Source of the DNA: an uncultured Thermoleophilia bacterium
GTDB lineage: Bacteria; Actinomycetota; Thermoleophilia; UBA2241
Direction of reading: 5' to 3'
DNA length: 64,000 bases
Assembly (NCBI GenBank): GCA_963705085.1
Contig: CAVPIV010000003.1
Location: 343,729 to 407,728, forward strand
Below are positions 36,755 to 46,527 of the stretch, in pieces (position 1 is the first letter of the stretch; each line of letters starts with the position of its first letter). The position numbers were made by a program, and so were the translations under genes. The notes beneath the pieces were generated by a model that searched no databases, was not told the origin of the DNA, and worked only from the letters and a program-made list of their open reading frames with translations.

Positions 36755-38326
36755 ATGTCCGACGAGACGAGCGGAGACCAGACGCAGCAGCCGACGGTTG
36801 AGGATCTCAAGGCCAGGGCGTACCAGCCCATGGAAGACGCGATGAGGCTCCACCCCTTCTATCGCGGCAAGATCGAGACCACGCTCAAGTGCTGCATCCG
36901 CGACTTCAACGACTTCGGCATCTGGTACACGCCGGGCGTCAGCAAGCCTTGCCTCGACATCAAGGACGACCCCGAGAAGGTCTACGAGCACACCAACAAG
37001 TGGAACACGGTGGCCGTGATCAGCGACGGCACGCGTGTCCTGGGGATGGGCGACATCGGCCCCAAAGCCGGCCTGCCGGTCATGGAGGGCAAGAGCCTTC
37101 TCTACAAGTACCTCGGCGGGGTGGACGGCTTTCCGCTCATGGTCGACACCAAGGATCCGGACAAGTTCATCGAGTTCGTGAAGCTCGTGCAGCCCGGGCT
37201 GGGCGGCGTGAACCTCGAAGACATCGCCCAGCCCAAGTGCTTCCGCATCCTCGACACGCTGCGTGAGGAGTGCGAGATCCCGGTGTGGCACGACGACCAG
37301 CAAGGGACGGCTTGCGTGACGCTGGCCGGGCTGATCAACGCTCTCAAGGTCGTGGGCCGCGACATCGGCGACGTGAAGATCGCCTTCATCGGCGCCGGCG
37401 CGGCCAATGTGGCGATCAGTCGGTTGATCTTCTCTCATGGCGCAGACCCCGCGAAGTGCGTGGTCGTCGACAGCAAGGGCATCCTCCACCGGCATCGTAC
37501 CGACGTCGAGGCCGTCAGGCACGAGTGGGCCGACAAGTGGAAGTACTGCCAGATCACCAACGCCGAGGGCCGGACGGGCGGCATCGCCGATGCGCTCAAG
37601 GGCGCCGACGTCTGCATCGCCCTGAGCAAGCAGGGCCCGGATACGATCCAGAAGGAGTGGATCCGGGCCATGGCGCCGGACCCCATCGTCTTCGTCTGCG
37701 CCAATCCGATCCCGGAGATGTGGCCGTGGGACGCCAAAGAGGCCGGCGCCGCCGTGGTGGCCACCGGCCGCTCGGACTTCCCGAACCAGGTCAACAACTC
37801 CGTCGGCTTCCCCGGCATCTTCCGCGGCACGCTCGACGCGCGCGCCCGGACGATCACCGACGAGATGTGCATCGCCGCGGCCCTCGAGCTGGCCAAGGTT
37901 GCCGAGGACAAAGGCCTGAGCGCCGACTACATCATGCCGACGATGGACGACTGGGAGGTCTTCCCGCGCGAGGCCGCGGCCGTGGCGATGAAGGCCATCG
38001 AGCAGGGCATCGCGCAGCGCACCGACCTCACGTTCGAGCAGGAGGTCAAGGAGGCGACGGCGATCATCGCCCGTGCCCGCGGCCTCGTGCAGGATGCGAT
38101 GGCCTTCGGCTACATCCCCATGCCGGAGGGCAGCGCGCCGCCCCTGCCCAGCAAGGACGCGATGAGGGCCGCCGGCCGGCGGGCCGGCGACTACGCCGGA
38201 GACCTCGCCGACCGGGCGGTCGATGCGGTCGGCCCGGCGGCGCAGAAAGCCGCGGATGCGGCCCAGGTCGCGGTCGACAAGGTCGCGGAGGCGATCAGGC
38301 GGCTCGGCGAACGCAAGAAGGACTGA
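36755..38326 (+). CDS. NAD(P)-dependent malic enzyme with C-terminal extension
   Basis: ATG 36755 with AGAGGAGGG 5 nt upstream. DLKARAYQPMEDAMRLHPFYRGKIE, VISDGTRVLGMGDIG, AFIGAGAANVAIS. Confidence 0.85.
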   Translation: MSDETSGDQTQQPTVEDLKARAYQPMEDAMRLHPFYRGKIETTLKCCIRDFNDFGIWYTPGVSKPCLDIKDDPEKVYEHTNKWNTVAVISDGTRVLGMGDIGPKAGLPVMEGKSLLYKYLGGVDGFPLMVDTKDPDKFIEFVKLVQPGLGGVNLEDIAQPKCFRILDTLREECEIPVWHDDQQGTACVTLAGLINALKVVGRDIGDVKIAFIGAGAANVAISRLIFSHGADPAKCVVVDSKGILHRHRTDVEAVRHEWADKWKYCQITNAEGRTGGIADALKGADVCIALSKQGPDTIQKEWIRAMAPDPIVFVCANPIPEMWPWDAKEAGAAVVATGRSDFPNQVNNSVGFPGIFRGTLDARARTITDEMCIAAALELAKVAEDKGLSADYIMPTMDDWEVFPREAAAVAMKAIEQGIAQRTDLTFEQEVKEATAIIARARGLVQDAMAFGYIPMPEGSAPPLPSKDAMRAAGRRAGDYAGDLADRAVDAVGPAAQKAADAAQVAVDKVAEAIRRLGERKKD

Positions 38327-38379
38327 GAGCTGGGCGGGCGACCAGACGGCGGCGGAGAGCGGGCCCCGCGCGTGAGGCC

Positions 38380-39234
38380 ATGACGACGGTGCGAGAGCTC
38401 GACGTCGGCCTGATCACCGAAGCGGTGGCGGCACTGTGCGTCGCGGCCAACTGCGACCTGCCCGACGACGTCCGGGCGGCGCTGACGGCGGCCAGAGCCG
38501 CCGAGGAGAGCGATGTCGGTCGCGAGGTCCTCGGGCAGCTATTGGAGAACGCCGACATCGCCGCCGGGCAGCGGCTGCCCATCTGCCAGGACACCGGCTT
38601 CGCCGTCGTCTTCGCTGAGGTGGGCCAGGACGTGCACCTGGTCGGCGGCGACTTCGCCGCCGCGGTGAACGAAGGCGTGCGCCGCGGCTACCGCGACGGC
38701 TACCTGCGCAAGTCGATCGTGTCGGAGCCGGCTCACGCCCGCCGCAACACGGGAGACAACACGCCCGCCATTCTCCACACCAGCATCGTGCCGGGCGATC
38801 GGGTGCGCCTCACCCTGATGACCAAGGGCGGCGGCGCCGAGAACATGAGCAGCCTGACCATGCTGAAGCCCTCGCAGGGCTGGGAGGGCGTGGCCAAGGC
38901 CGTCGTCGAGACGGTCGGCAGGGCAGGCTCCAATCCGTGCCCGCCGACCATCGTCGGGGTCGGCATCGGGGGCACGATCGAGATGGTGACCCTGCTGGCC
39001 AAGAAGGCGCTGCTGCGGGAGATAGGCTCCCGGCACCCCGACGAGAGGCTCGCCGCGCTGGAGGACGAACTGCTGGCGGCCGTCAACGATCTCGGCCTCG
39101 GTCCTCAGGGCCTGGGCGGCAGGACGACCTCGCTGGCGGTCTTCATCGAGGAGATGCCGTGCCACATCGCCAGCTTGCCGGTTGCCGTCAACGTCCAGTG
39201 TCACGCCCAGCGGCACAAGACCATGGTGCTGTGA
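38380..39234 (+). CDS. Class I (Fe-S) fumarate hydratase / L(+)-tartrate dehydratase alpha subunit
   Basis: 285 aa; ICQDTGFAVVFAEVGQDV..., TKGGGAENMS, ...CPPTIVGVGIGGT. Confidence 0.85.
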   Translation: MTTVRELDVGLITEAVAALCVAANCDLPDDVRAALTAARAAEESDVGREVLGQLLENADIAAGQRLPICQDTGFAVVFAEVGQDVHLVGGDFAAAVNEGVRRGYRDGYLRKSIVSEPAHARRNTGDNTPAILHTSIVPGDRVRLTLMTKGGGAENMSSLTMLKPSQGWEGVAKAVVETVGRAGSNPCPPTIVGVGIGGTIEMVTLLAKKALLREIGSRHPDERLAALEDELLAAVNDLGLGPQGLGGRTTSLAVFIEEMPCHIASLPVAVNVQCHAQRHKTMVL

Positions 39235-39247
39235 GGGGGCGGCCGGC

Positions 39248-39805
39248 ATGGCGGTGAAGGAGGTCGCGACGCCGCTGACCGACGACGTGGTGAGGGAGCT
39301 GCGGGCGGGCGACCATGTGCGTCTCAGCGGCGTGCTCTACCAGGCGCGCGACGCCGCTCACAAGCGGCTCGCCGCTCTCATCGAGAAGGGCGAGCCGCTG
39401 CCGTTCGACCTGCGCGGCGCCGTTGTCTACTACATGGGGCCAAGTCCGGCGCCGCCCGGCCACGTCATCGGCGCCGCCGGGCCGACGACCAGCGGCCGTA
39501 TGGATGCGTACACGCCGCTCCTGCTGCGCCACGGGCTCAAGGGCATGATCGGCAAAGGGTCGCGCAGCCAGGCCGTGAAGGACTCGATGCGCGAGTACAC
39601 GGCCGTCTATCTGGCGGCCATCGGCGGAGCAGGCGCGCTGCTCAGCACCCATATCGTCAGTCACGAGGTCATCGCCTATCCGGAACTGGGGGCCGAGGCT
39701 GTCGCTCGGCTCGAGGTTGCCGGGTTCCCGGCCGTAGTCGTCAACGACTGCTACGGCGGGGACCTCTACGAGGAGGGACGAGCGCGGTACCAACGGCGTC
39801 GCTGA
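39248..39805 (+). CDS. Class I fumarate hydratase / tartrate dehydratase beta subunit
   Basis: 185 aa; LSGVLYQARDAAHKRL...VYYMGPSPAPPGHVIGAAGPTTSGRMD. Confidence 0.85.
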   Translation: MAVKEVATPLTDDVVRELRAGDHVRLSGVLYQARDAAHKRLAALIEKGEPLPFDLRGAVVYYMGPSPAPPGHVIGAAGPTTSGRMDAYTPLLLRHGLKGMIGKGSRSQAVKDSMREYTAVYLAAIGGAGALLSTHIVSHEVIAYPELGAEAVARLEVAGFPAVVVNDCYGGDLYEEGRARYQRRR

Positions 39806-39841
39806 ACGCGCCGGCAGCAGTAACGAAGCGGAGGAGGTCTG

Positions 39842-40459
39842 GTGATCGAGCTCCTGTTCGCCCTCGGGCGCACAGTCGGTCTTGGCACCTCCGCCGGCAT
39901 CCGCCCGTCGCTCACCATCGCCGTGATCGGCATGATGGACCACCTCCATGCCGGCACCACGCTCAATCCCACGTTCTCCTTCCTGGGCAGCTGGGCGGCG
40001 ATCGTGGCCTTCGTGGTGCTGGCCATCATCGAGTGCGGCATCGACAAGATCCCCAGCTTCGACCGCGTCCAGGGTCGCCTCTCGATGCCGTACCGGGTCG
40101 TGATGGGCGGCATTGGCGGCGCCGCGACGATTCCCTATGGCTGGGCGGGCGTCGCGATCGGGTTCGCCGTGGGGGCGTCCGTGGCGTGGTTCGCGCTCTA
40201 CACCAAGCAGCTCGTCCGGCCCAAGACCGTCTCCAGCGACGCGGTTCTGGTGATCGTGAGCATGCTGGAGGACCTGGCGACGTTCGCGACCTCCATCCTG
40301 ACGCTGGTCATCGCGCCGTTCGGCTACTTGGCGATCGGCTTCACCTCCGCCATGTACTGGCGCGGTCGGTACCGGCGCCGCGCGAAGTACCGTAGGATGC
40401 AGCGCAGAGGCGGAATGGGACGCAGCCTCCCCGCGGACGACGAGTTCGACGAAGGATGA
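39842..40459 (+). CDS. DUF4126-family membrane protein
   Basis: 205 aa, 4-5 TM; MIELLFALGRTVGLGTSAGIRPSL... Confidence 0.6.
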   Translation: MIELLFALGRTVGLGTSAGIRPSLTIAVIGMMDHLHAGTTLNPTFSFLGSWAAIVAFVVLAIIECGIDKIPSFDRVQGRLSMPYRVVMGGIGGAATIPYGWAGVAIGFAVGASVAWFALYTKQLVRPKTVSSDAVLVIVSMLEDLATFATSILTLVIAPFGYLAIGFTSAMYWRGRYRRRAKYRRMQRRGGMGRSLPADDEFDEG

Positions 40460-41460
40460 CGGGCGTGGTGAGCGATCAGGTGACGCGGCGGGCGCGCATG
40501 GTGGGGGAGCAGATCGCCGCGCGCGGCATCCGTGACGGGGACGTCCTCGACGCCATGCGCTCCGTGCCTCGCCACCTCTTCGTGCCCGAGGGACTGGAGG
40601 ACAGGGCGTACGTCGACACGCCTCTTTCCATCGGCTACGGCCAGACGATCTCCCAGCCGTACATGGTGGCGCTGATGACGGAGTTGCTCCAGGTCAACGT
40701 CCGCAGCCGCGTCCTCGAGATCGGCGCCGGCAGCGGCTACCAGACGGCTGTGCTGGCCGAGCTTGCGGGCGAGGTCTTCGCTCTCGAGCGCCTGGCGCCC
40801 CTCGCCGAACGCGCCCGGGCCGTGCTGACTCGCCTCCACTACGACAATCTGCACATCGCGATCGGCGACGGGACCAAGGGCTGGCCGGAGGCCGCGCCGT
40901 TCGACGGCATCATCGTGGCGGCGGCGGTCGAGAAGGCGCCGCCGGCCCTGCTGGAGCAGCTCGCCGAGGGCGGCCGCATGGTCATCCCCATCGGTCGGCC
41001 CCACCTCGAGCAGACGCTGATCGTCTGCGAGCGTCGCGGCGACGAGTTCGTGCGCCGCACCAGCGTGGCCTGCCGGTTCGTCCCTCTGGTGAGCGATGCG
41101 GAGCGTCAAAGCGTACTCGAGGGGCCGGTCGCGCGGGAGTGGGGCGTGTTCGCCGGGGCAGAAGGGACGAGGCCCGGGGAGGTGGCCGCCATGAAGGCCG
41201 TGGAGGCGCGCGTGTACGGTCGCGTGCAGGGTGTGTTCTACAGGGCCACGGCGCGGGCCGAAGGGGCGCGCCTCGGCCTTCGGGGCTGGGTGAAGAACGT
41301 CGCCGACGGCTCCGTCGCCCTGCGCCTGCAGGGCGATCCGGCCGTCGTCGACGCGATGCTCGACTGGTGCAGCGTGGGCCCGCCCGCCGCGCGGGTTCAC
41401 CGTGTCGAGGTGATCGACGCCGCGCCGGACGAGCGGCTTCGCGGCTTCGAGGTGCGGTAG
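40456..41460 (+). CDS. pcm: Protein-L-isoaspartate O-methyltransferase fused in-frame to an acylphosphatase domain
   Basis: ATGA overlap with the upstream gene. PCMT region (SVPRHLFVPE, SQPYMVALM, VLEIGAGSGYQTAVLA) through about aa 220. After a linker comes MKAVEARVYGRVQGVFYRATARAEGARLGLRGWVKNVADGSVALRLQG (acylphosphatase, aa 246-334). No intervening stop; GGGGAGG lies 5 nt before the internal ATG 41191. Confidence 0.75.
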   Translation: MTGVVSDQVTRRARMVGEQIAARGIRDGDVLDAMRSVPRHLFVPEGLEDRAYVDTPLSIGYGQTISQPYMVALMTELLQVNVRSRVLEIGAGSGYQTAVLAELAGEVFALERLAPLAERARAVLTRLHYDNLHIAIGDGTKGWPEAAPFDGIIVAAAVEKAPPALLEQLAEGGRMVIPIGRPHLEQTLIVCERRGDEFVRRTSVACRFVPLVSDAERQSVLEGPVAREWGVFAGAEGTRPGEVAAMKAVEARVYGRVQGVFYRATARAEGARLGLRGWVKNVADGSVALRLQGDPAVVDAMLDWCSVGPPAARVHRVEVIDAAPDERLRGFEVR

Positions 41461-42122
41461 TGGCCGTCACGCTCAACGACGTGCGTCACGATGCGGAGGT
41501 CCAGGCCTTCATCGCTCGGGCCGACAAGAGCTTGGGCGTGCTTGGGTTCACCGAGCACGGGGCTCGGCACGCGGCCCTCGTCGCCACGACCGCCTCCAGC
41601 CTGCTGCTGCGCCTCGGCCACGCCCAGCGCGATGCCGAGCTGGCCTCAATCGCCGGTTACCTGCACGACATCGGCAACGGCGTCAGCCGTCTCGATCACG
41701 GCATCGCCGCGGCGCTCACGGCGCGGCACATCCTTCAGCGTCTGGGCATGCCGGCCGAGGAATACGTCGAGGTGATGTGCGCCATAGGCAACCACGAGGA
41801 GGAGTACGGTGAGGCGGTGAGCGCGCTGGCGGCGGCCGTGATCCTCGGCGACAAGTCGGAGGTGCATCGTTCGCGCGTGCGGCGCCCGGATCCGGAGACC
41901 GCGGACATGCACGACCGCGTCAACCTGGCGACGACACGCTCCTTCCTCAAGGTCGACGGCGCGGCCAGGACGATCACGCTCGACCTCGACATCGACACCC
42001 GGATTACGCAGCCCATGCACTACTTCGAGATCTTCCTGGACCGGATGGTGATGTGCCGCAGGGCGGCCGAGTTCCTCGGCTGCTCGTTCGGCATGATGAT
42101 GAACGGCAATCGGCTGTTGTAG
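41460..42122 (+). CDS. HD-domain phosphohydrolase
   Basis: GTG 41460 (TAGTG overlap). HGARHAALVA...YLHDIGNGVSRLDHG...; 221 aa. Confidence 0.7.
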   Translation: MAVTLNDVRHDAEVQAFIARADKSLGVLGFTEHGARHAALVATTASSLLLRLGHAQRDAELASIAGYLHDIGNGVSRLDHGIAAALTARHILQRLGMPAEEYVEVMCAIGNHEEEYGEAVSALAAAVILGDKSEVHRSRVRRPDPETADMHDRVNLATTRSFLKVDGAARTITLDLDIDTRITQPMHYFEIFLDRMVMCRRAAEFLGCSFGMMMNGNRLL

Positions 42123-42164
42123 GCGCGCCGCCGGCGATGACGGCGCGGCGCGTGGAGCGGCAAC

Positions 42165-42521
42165 TTGACACGTGGAGGTGGCACGGTGAGCAGGTCGGAG
42201 AAGACGGGCGGCAGGCGCCGCGGAGGGTTCCTGCTGGGCGCGATCGCCGGCGCCATCGTGGCGATCCTGCTGGCCCCGCGGAGCGGTAAGGAGACGCGGC
42301 AGCAGCTGTTCGGCGGCACGGACGGCGCCGGCGGTCAGGTGGACCGCATCAGGGGCGCCCTCGAGGCGGGCATGGGCCAGGCCGCCGACCAGTCGGAGGC
42401 GCTGCGCCGCAAGATCGAAGAGACGCGGGATCGCCTGCGTCGCCAGATGGACGCCGGCGAGAAGAGCTCGGCGGAGGCCTGGGCCGGCGATACCCCCGAC
42501 GATCGGCCCGAAGTCATCTGA
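42165..42521 (+). CDS. YtxH-like stress protein (single TM, Gly-zipper)
   Basis: GGFLLGAIAGAIVAILLAPRSGKETRQQL... Confidence 0.55.
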   Translation: MTRGGGTVSRSEKTGGRRRGGFLLGAIAGAIVAILLAPRSGKETRQQLFGGTDGAGGQVDRIRGALEAGMGQAADQSEALRRKIEETRDRLRRQMDAGEKSSAEAWAGDTPDDRPEVI

Positions 42522-42544
42522 GCGAGTTTCACCGCAAACACCGG

Positions 42545-43372
42545 GTGGCGGCGGCGCTCGGCGTCGCCGCCGCTCTGGGTGTCGCCTACCTGCTCCACGA
42601 GGCGCAGTGGGTCCGCCGTGTGGACCGGCGCCTGCCGGCGCCGGCCGGCGCGGCGGACCTCGACGGCCTCACGATCGTCCACTTCTCCGACCTGCACGCC
42701 GGCTTCGCGCCGAGTCTCAACCTGCTGGCGCTGCGCAAGGCTGTCGACCTGACGCTGGCGGCACGCCCGGACCTTGTTCTCATCACGGGCGACTTCGCCG
42801 GCGGCCCGTTCGGCGAGGCCGGGCTCCAGCGCCAGCTGCGGCGGCTGCGGGCGCCGCTCGGCGTCTACGGCGTGCTCGGCAACCACGATCACGGCGTCAG
42901 CAAGGCGCCGTTCGTGACGGTCCTCGATCCGGCGCTCGTGACCGGCTGCGGGGTCCGCCTGCTCTCGAACGAGGCGGTCACGGTGGAGCGCGGCGCCGCC
43001 GCCGTCCAGGTGTGCGGCGTCGACGACAGCTCTGCCGGCTACGACGACCTGCCGGCGGTGCTCGCGGTGCTCGACGCCCGGCCCAGCGTGCTTCGGCTCC
43101 TGCTGACCCATCACGCCGACGTCGCCCTGCGGGCGGCGCCGGGCGACTTTCACATGGCGTTCGCCGGCGACACGCACGGCGGGCAGATCCGTCTGCCGCT
43201 GCCGGGGGGCAGCTTCCCCTTCGCCTCTCCGCGGGCGCCGATCGTCGACGGCCTGCACGACATCGGCGGCCGGCCGATCCACGTGACGCGGGGCGTGGGA
43301 ACGAGCCTCCTGCCCTTGCGGGCCTTCTGCCGGCCGGAGATCGTCGTGTTCCGCGTGCAGGCGCAGAACTGA
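42545..43372 (+). CDS. Calcineurin-like metallophosphoesterase
   Basis: IVHFSDLHAG, LVLITGDF, GVLGNHDH, GDTHGGQIRLP. Confidence 0.8.
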   Translation: MAAALGVAAALGVAYLLHEAQWVRRVDRRLPAPAGAADLDGLTIVHFSDLHAGFAPSLNLLALRKAVDLTLAARPDLVLITGDFAGGPFGEAGLQRQLRRLRAPLGVYGVLGNHDHGVSKAPFVTVLDPALVTGCGVRLLSNEAVTVERGAAAVQVCGVDDSSAGYDDLPAVLAVLDARPSVLRLLLTHHADVALRAAPGDFHMAFAGDTHGGQIRLPLPGGSFPFASPRAPIVDGLHDIGGRPIHVTRGVGTSLLPLRAFCRPEIVVFRVQAQN

Positions 43373-43392
43373 GGCGGCCGGCCGCCGATCTC

Positions 43393-44556
43393 TCAGCGCC
43401 GGCCCTCCAGGAGCCGCGCCAGCGGCGGCGTGATCGCGTCCAGGGCAGCCGTGGGGCAGACCTCCGTGCAGGCGTAGCAGCGCACGCAGAGGGTGTCGTC
43501 GAACACCGGCTTGGGGGTGAGCGTGATCGCCTTGGCGCCGCAGATCGCGGCGCACTCCCCGCACTCGATGCAGGCCGCCGGATCGACCAGGCTCGGGCGG
43601 GCCGTGACCAGGCGGCGGGCGGTGCGCCGCAGCCCCAGCGGGACGAACTCCTGCAGGTCGCGGCGGGCCTGCCTGAAGCCGGCGTCCTTGTGGATGGGGT
43701 CGCCGGCCAGGCGGTAGGGTCGGTCGAGGTCGATGAGGCGACGACGTTCGGCGGCCGCCAGCGTGTAGACCGAACGTCGCGCGTGGTTCGTGCGGTCGGC
43801 CAGGGCGGCGTCGAGGGCGTTGCAGTCAACCGCCGCGAACAGTGAGTTGAGGGCCCGCGGCGTTCCACTGCCGGGCCCCTGCCCCTCCATCGCGATGATG
43901 CCGTCGATGATGGTGATGCGCGGCCGCACGGCCAGGTGCAGGTCCAGGAGCATGTCGGCGAAGTCCTCGCGCCGCGGGGCGCGGACGTGGAGCTGCGCCT
44001 TTGCCAGCCCCGGGATGCAGCCATAGGTGAGCTTGACGCCGCCGGTGAGGCGCATGAGCTGGTGCGTCTTGAGCACGCCGACCTGGACGATCGCGTCGGC
44101 CTCGGCGAAGGCCCGCCCGAGCGGGAAGCTGCGGAACAGCCGTCCGTCCGGCGCCGGGAGAGAGACGCGATCATCCTCGACGTCGACGATGGGCACCTGC
44201 TCCTCCACGCAGACGTCGCTCATGCCGCTGATCTTGAAGGCGCGGGCGACTTTGGCCGGTCCGTTCATGCCGCCGGGACTGTCGGCGACGAAGGGCAGCG
44301 CTCCCTGTCCTTTGAGCGCCCGCAGGACGGTGCGCAGCGTCTCGGGGTGGGTGCACACGGCCGTCTCTGGCGCGCCGCCGCGCAGCAGGTTCACTTTGAC
44401 CGCGATACGTTCGCCGGGCGAGGCCACCGTCTCCCAGCCGCCAAACGGCTCGACGAGACGGTCCAGGCTGGTCGCGAGGCTCGGGCCGTGCGCCGCGCTG
44501 ACATGGCCGACGAGCGCGGGGGCGCCTGGGCCTGCGGCCCACGGCGCGTCGCTCAC
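43393..44556 (-). CDS. DUF362-domain protein with C-terminal 2x[4Fe-4S] ferredoxin domain
   Basis: 387 aa; C-terminal CIECGECAAICGAKAI...CVRCYACTEVCPTAAL. Confidence 0.7.
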   Translation of the reverse strand: MSDAPWAAGPGAPALVGHVSAAHGPSLATSLDRLVEPFGGWETVASPGERIAVKVNLLRGGAPETAVCTHPETLRTVLRALKGQGALPFVADSPGGMNGPAKVARAFKISGMSDVCVEEQVPIVDVEDDRVSLPAPDGRLFRSFPLGRAFAEADAIVQVGVLKTHQLMRLTGGVKLTYGCIPGLAKAQLHVRAPRREDFADMLLDLHLAVRPRITIIDGIIAMEGQGPGSGTPRALNSLFAAVDCNALDAALADRTNHARRSVYTLAAAERRRLIDLDRPYRLAGDPIHKDAGFRQARRDLQEFVPLGLRRTARRLVTARPSLVDPAACIECGECAAICGAKAITLTPKPVFDDTLCVRCYACTEVCPTAALDAITPPLARLLEGRR

Positions 44557-45143
44557 GAGGGCGGCTTCTCGGCGACGATCACGTTGTGGTAGCGGCCGAC
44601 CTCCCCGGGGCCGTACACGGAGCGCTCGCGCAGTCCGAGACGAGTGACGGCCTCTCGGAGATCCTCGAGCGCCAGCACGTGGTCGTTGGGCGGGCCGACG
44701 GGGCGCTCCATGCGGGCGAACTCGGCGGTGAGCAGGAGCCCGCCCGGGGCGACGAGTCGCAGCACCTCGGCCAGGGCGGCCGGATCGTCATGGATGTGGT
44801 GCAGCACGTTGATCATGAGGAGGCGGTCAGCGGCGCCGTCCGGCAGCGGCACGCGGCCGCCCTCGTTCACGACGATCCGCACGTGTCCGGCCGGCGGGTG
44901 CGCGGCGACCTTCTCCCGCAAGCGCTCGAGGAGCACCGGCTGCTCGTCGACCGCCACGAGCTCGCCCTGCGGCAGCGCGTCGGCGATGGGCAGGGCGTAC
45001 ATGCCGGTGCCGGCGCCGAAGTCGACGACGGTCTCGGCGCCGCTGAGCTCCAGCAGTTCCACGAGCCGCGCCGGGGGCATCTCGATCAGCCGGTCGGGGT
45101 TCTCGAGTTTGCAGGCGTTCTTGGGGTCGAACTTCTCGGCCAT
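44553..45143 (-). CDS. Class I SAM-dependent methyltransferase
   Basis: Start MAEKFDP at 45143 with GAGGG RBS. VVDFGAGTGMYALP, LLMINVLHHI. Confidence 0.75.
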   Translation of the reverse strand: MAEKFDPKNACKLENPDRLIEMPPARLVELLELSGAETVVDFGAGTGMYALPIADALPQGELVAVDEQPVLLERLREKVAAHPPAGHVRIVVNEGGRVPLPDGAADRLLMINVLHHIHDDPAALAEVLRLVAPGGLLLTAEFARMERPVGPPNDHVLALEDLREAVTRLGLRERSVYGPGEVGRYHNVIVAEKPPS

Positions 45144-45145
45144 CG

Positions 45146-45508
45146 CTAGCCCTCGCGGATGCAGCGAGAGTACTTGAGGAAGGCGTCGAGCGCCTTCTCG
45201 ACAGCCTCCTGCGTGGCCAGCCCCTGGACGTCGCCCATGAGGCACTCACGCATCTTGAGCGAGATGAGGAGAATGCCCACGCGGTCGAGGGCCGCCTTGG
45301 TCGCGGAGAGCTGGGTGAAGATCTCCTCGCACGGCCGGCCCTCCTCGATCATCCGCTGCAGGCCGCGGGACTGACCCTCGACGCGGCGGAGGCGGTTGAT
45401 CAGACGGGACGCGTCGTCCTGGCCGAAGTGCTCACCCTCTTGCTCGTCCGGCGTCTCGACCGGCCGCTCGACAACCGGCTCGCTCGGATTCAGGTTTGGC
45501 TGATCCAT
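45146..45508 (-). CDS. CsoR/RcnR/FrmR-family metal/formaldehyde-responsive repressor
   Basis: 120 aa; RLINRLRRVEGQSRGLQRMIEEGRPCEEIFTQLSATKAALDRVGILL...CL. The W-X-Y-Z positions include Cys. Confidence 0.75.
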   Translation of the reverse strand: MDQPNLNPSEPVVERPVETPDEQEGEHFGQDDASRLINRLRRVEGQSRGLQRMIEEGRPCEEIFTQLSATKAALDRVGILLISLKMRECLMGDVQGLATQEAVEKALDAFLKYSRCIREG

Positions 45509-45587
45509 GGCGCGATTATACCCCCCGGGGGATTGCTGCCAAGCGGGTCCGCCGGGTCAAGCGCTCAAGTCGTCGCCGGCCTCCGAT

Positions 45588-46442
45588 TCAGGCCGACGCC
45601 CAGGTCGCGGCGCGCGCCGCGAGGCCGGCGAGCAGCTCGTCGGGGAAGGACATGCCGCCGGGGCCGACACCGAGGCGGACGTGCGGTTTGACAGCCCCGT
45701 GGTAGTCGGAGCCGCCGGAGACGGCCAGGTCGTGGTGAGCCGCGAGGCGCAGGCAGGTGCTCACGGTCTCCTCGCCGTGGGCGGGGTGGTAGCACTCGAG
45801 CCCGCCGATGCCGGCCTCGACCGCGTCACGGACGATGTGCTCGAGGCCGGCGCGATCGGCTCTGATGATGCCCGGATGGGCCAGCACCGGCACCGCGCCG
45901 GAGGCGCGCAGCAGATCGACGGCGGCGTGCAGCGAGAGCCGCCGTCTGTCGACCCAAGCCGGCGCGCCACGGCCCAGGTAGAGGCGGAAAGCCTCGCTGA
46001 CCGAGCCGACGTAGCCGCGGCGGACCATGGCGACGCCGATGTGCGGGCGGCCCACGGCGCCGTCGCCCGCGGCTGCCGCCAGCTCGGCCGGGGCGAGCGG
46101 CATGCCGAGCTCGGCGAGGCGCCCGAGGATGCGGGCGTTGCGCTCGTTGCGATAGCGGCGCAGCTCCAGGAGCTGCCCCTGGAGCGCGTCGCTCGGCGCG
46201 CCGCCGAAGAAGTAGCCGAGCATGTCCATCGTCACGCGGTCGTGCTCGAGGTTGATCTCCACGCCGGGCACGACCCGAAAACCGAGGCGCTCGCCTGCGG
46301 CCAGCGCCTCCGGCAGCCCGTCAACGGTGTCGTGGTCGGTGACCGCGACGGCCGAGAGGCCGAGGTCGGCGGCCATGGCGACGAGCTGCGTCGGCGTGAG
46401 CGAGCCGTCCGAGTAGGTAGTATGTGTATGAAGATCAATCAT
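45588..46442 (-). CDS. PHP-domain metal-dependent phosphoesterase (TrpH/YciV-like)
   Basis: Start MIDLHTHTTYSDGS at 46442; the longer upstream extension is rejected. Confidence 0.75.
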   Translation of the reverse strand: MIDLHTHTTYSDGSLTPTQLVAMAADLGLSAVAVTDHDTVDGLPEALAAGERLGFRVVPGVEINLEHDRVTMDMLGYFFGGAPSDALQGQLLELRRYRNERNARILGRLAELGMPLAPAELAAAAGDGAVGRPHIGVAMVRRGYVGSVSEAFRLYLGRGAPAWVDRRRLSLHAAVDLLRASGAVPVLAHPGIIRADRAGLEHIVRDAVEAGIGGLECYHPAHGEETVSTCLRLAAHHDLAVSGGSDYHGAVKPHVRLGVGPGGMSFPDELLAGLAARAATWASA

Positions 46443-46527
46443 GTCCTCAAGCGTACCCGACCGGACACCGTCCGGCACATGGCCGTCCTTGTTGTCGCCG
46501 TCAGGGGCGCGCGGTAGGGTTCGGCAC

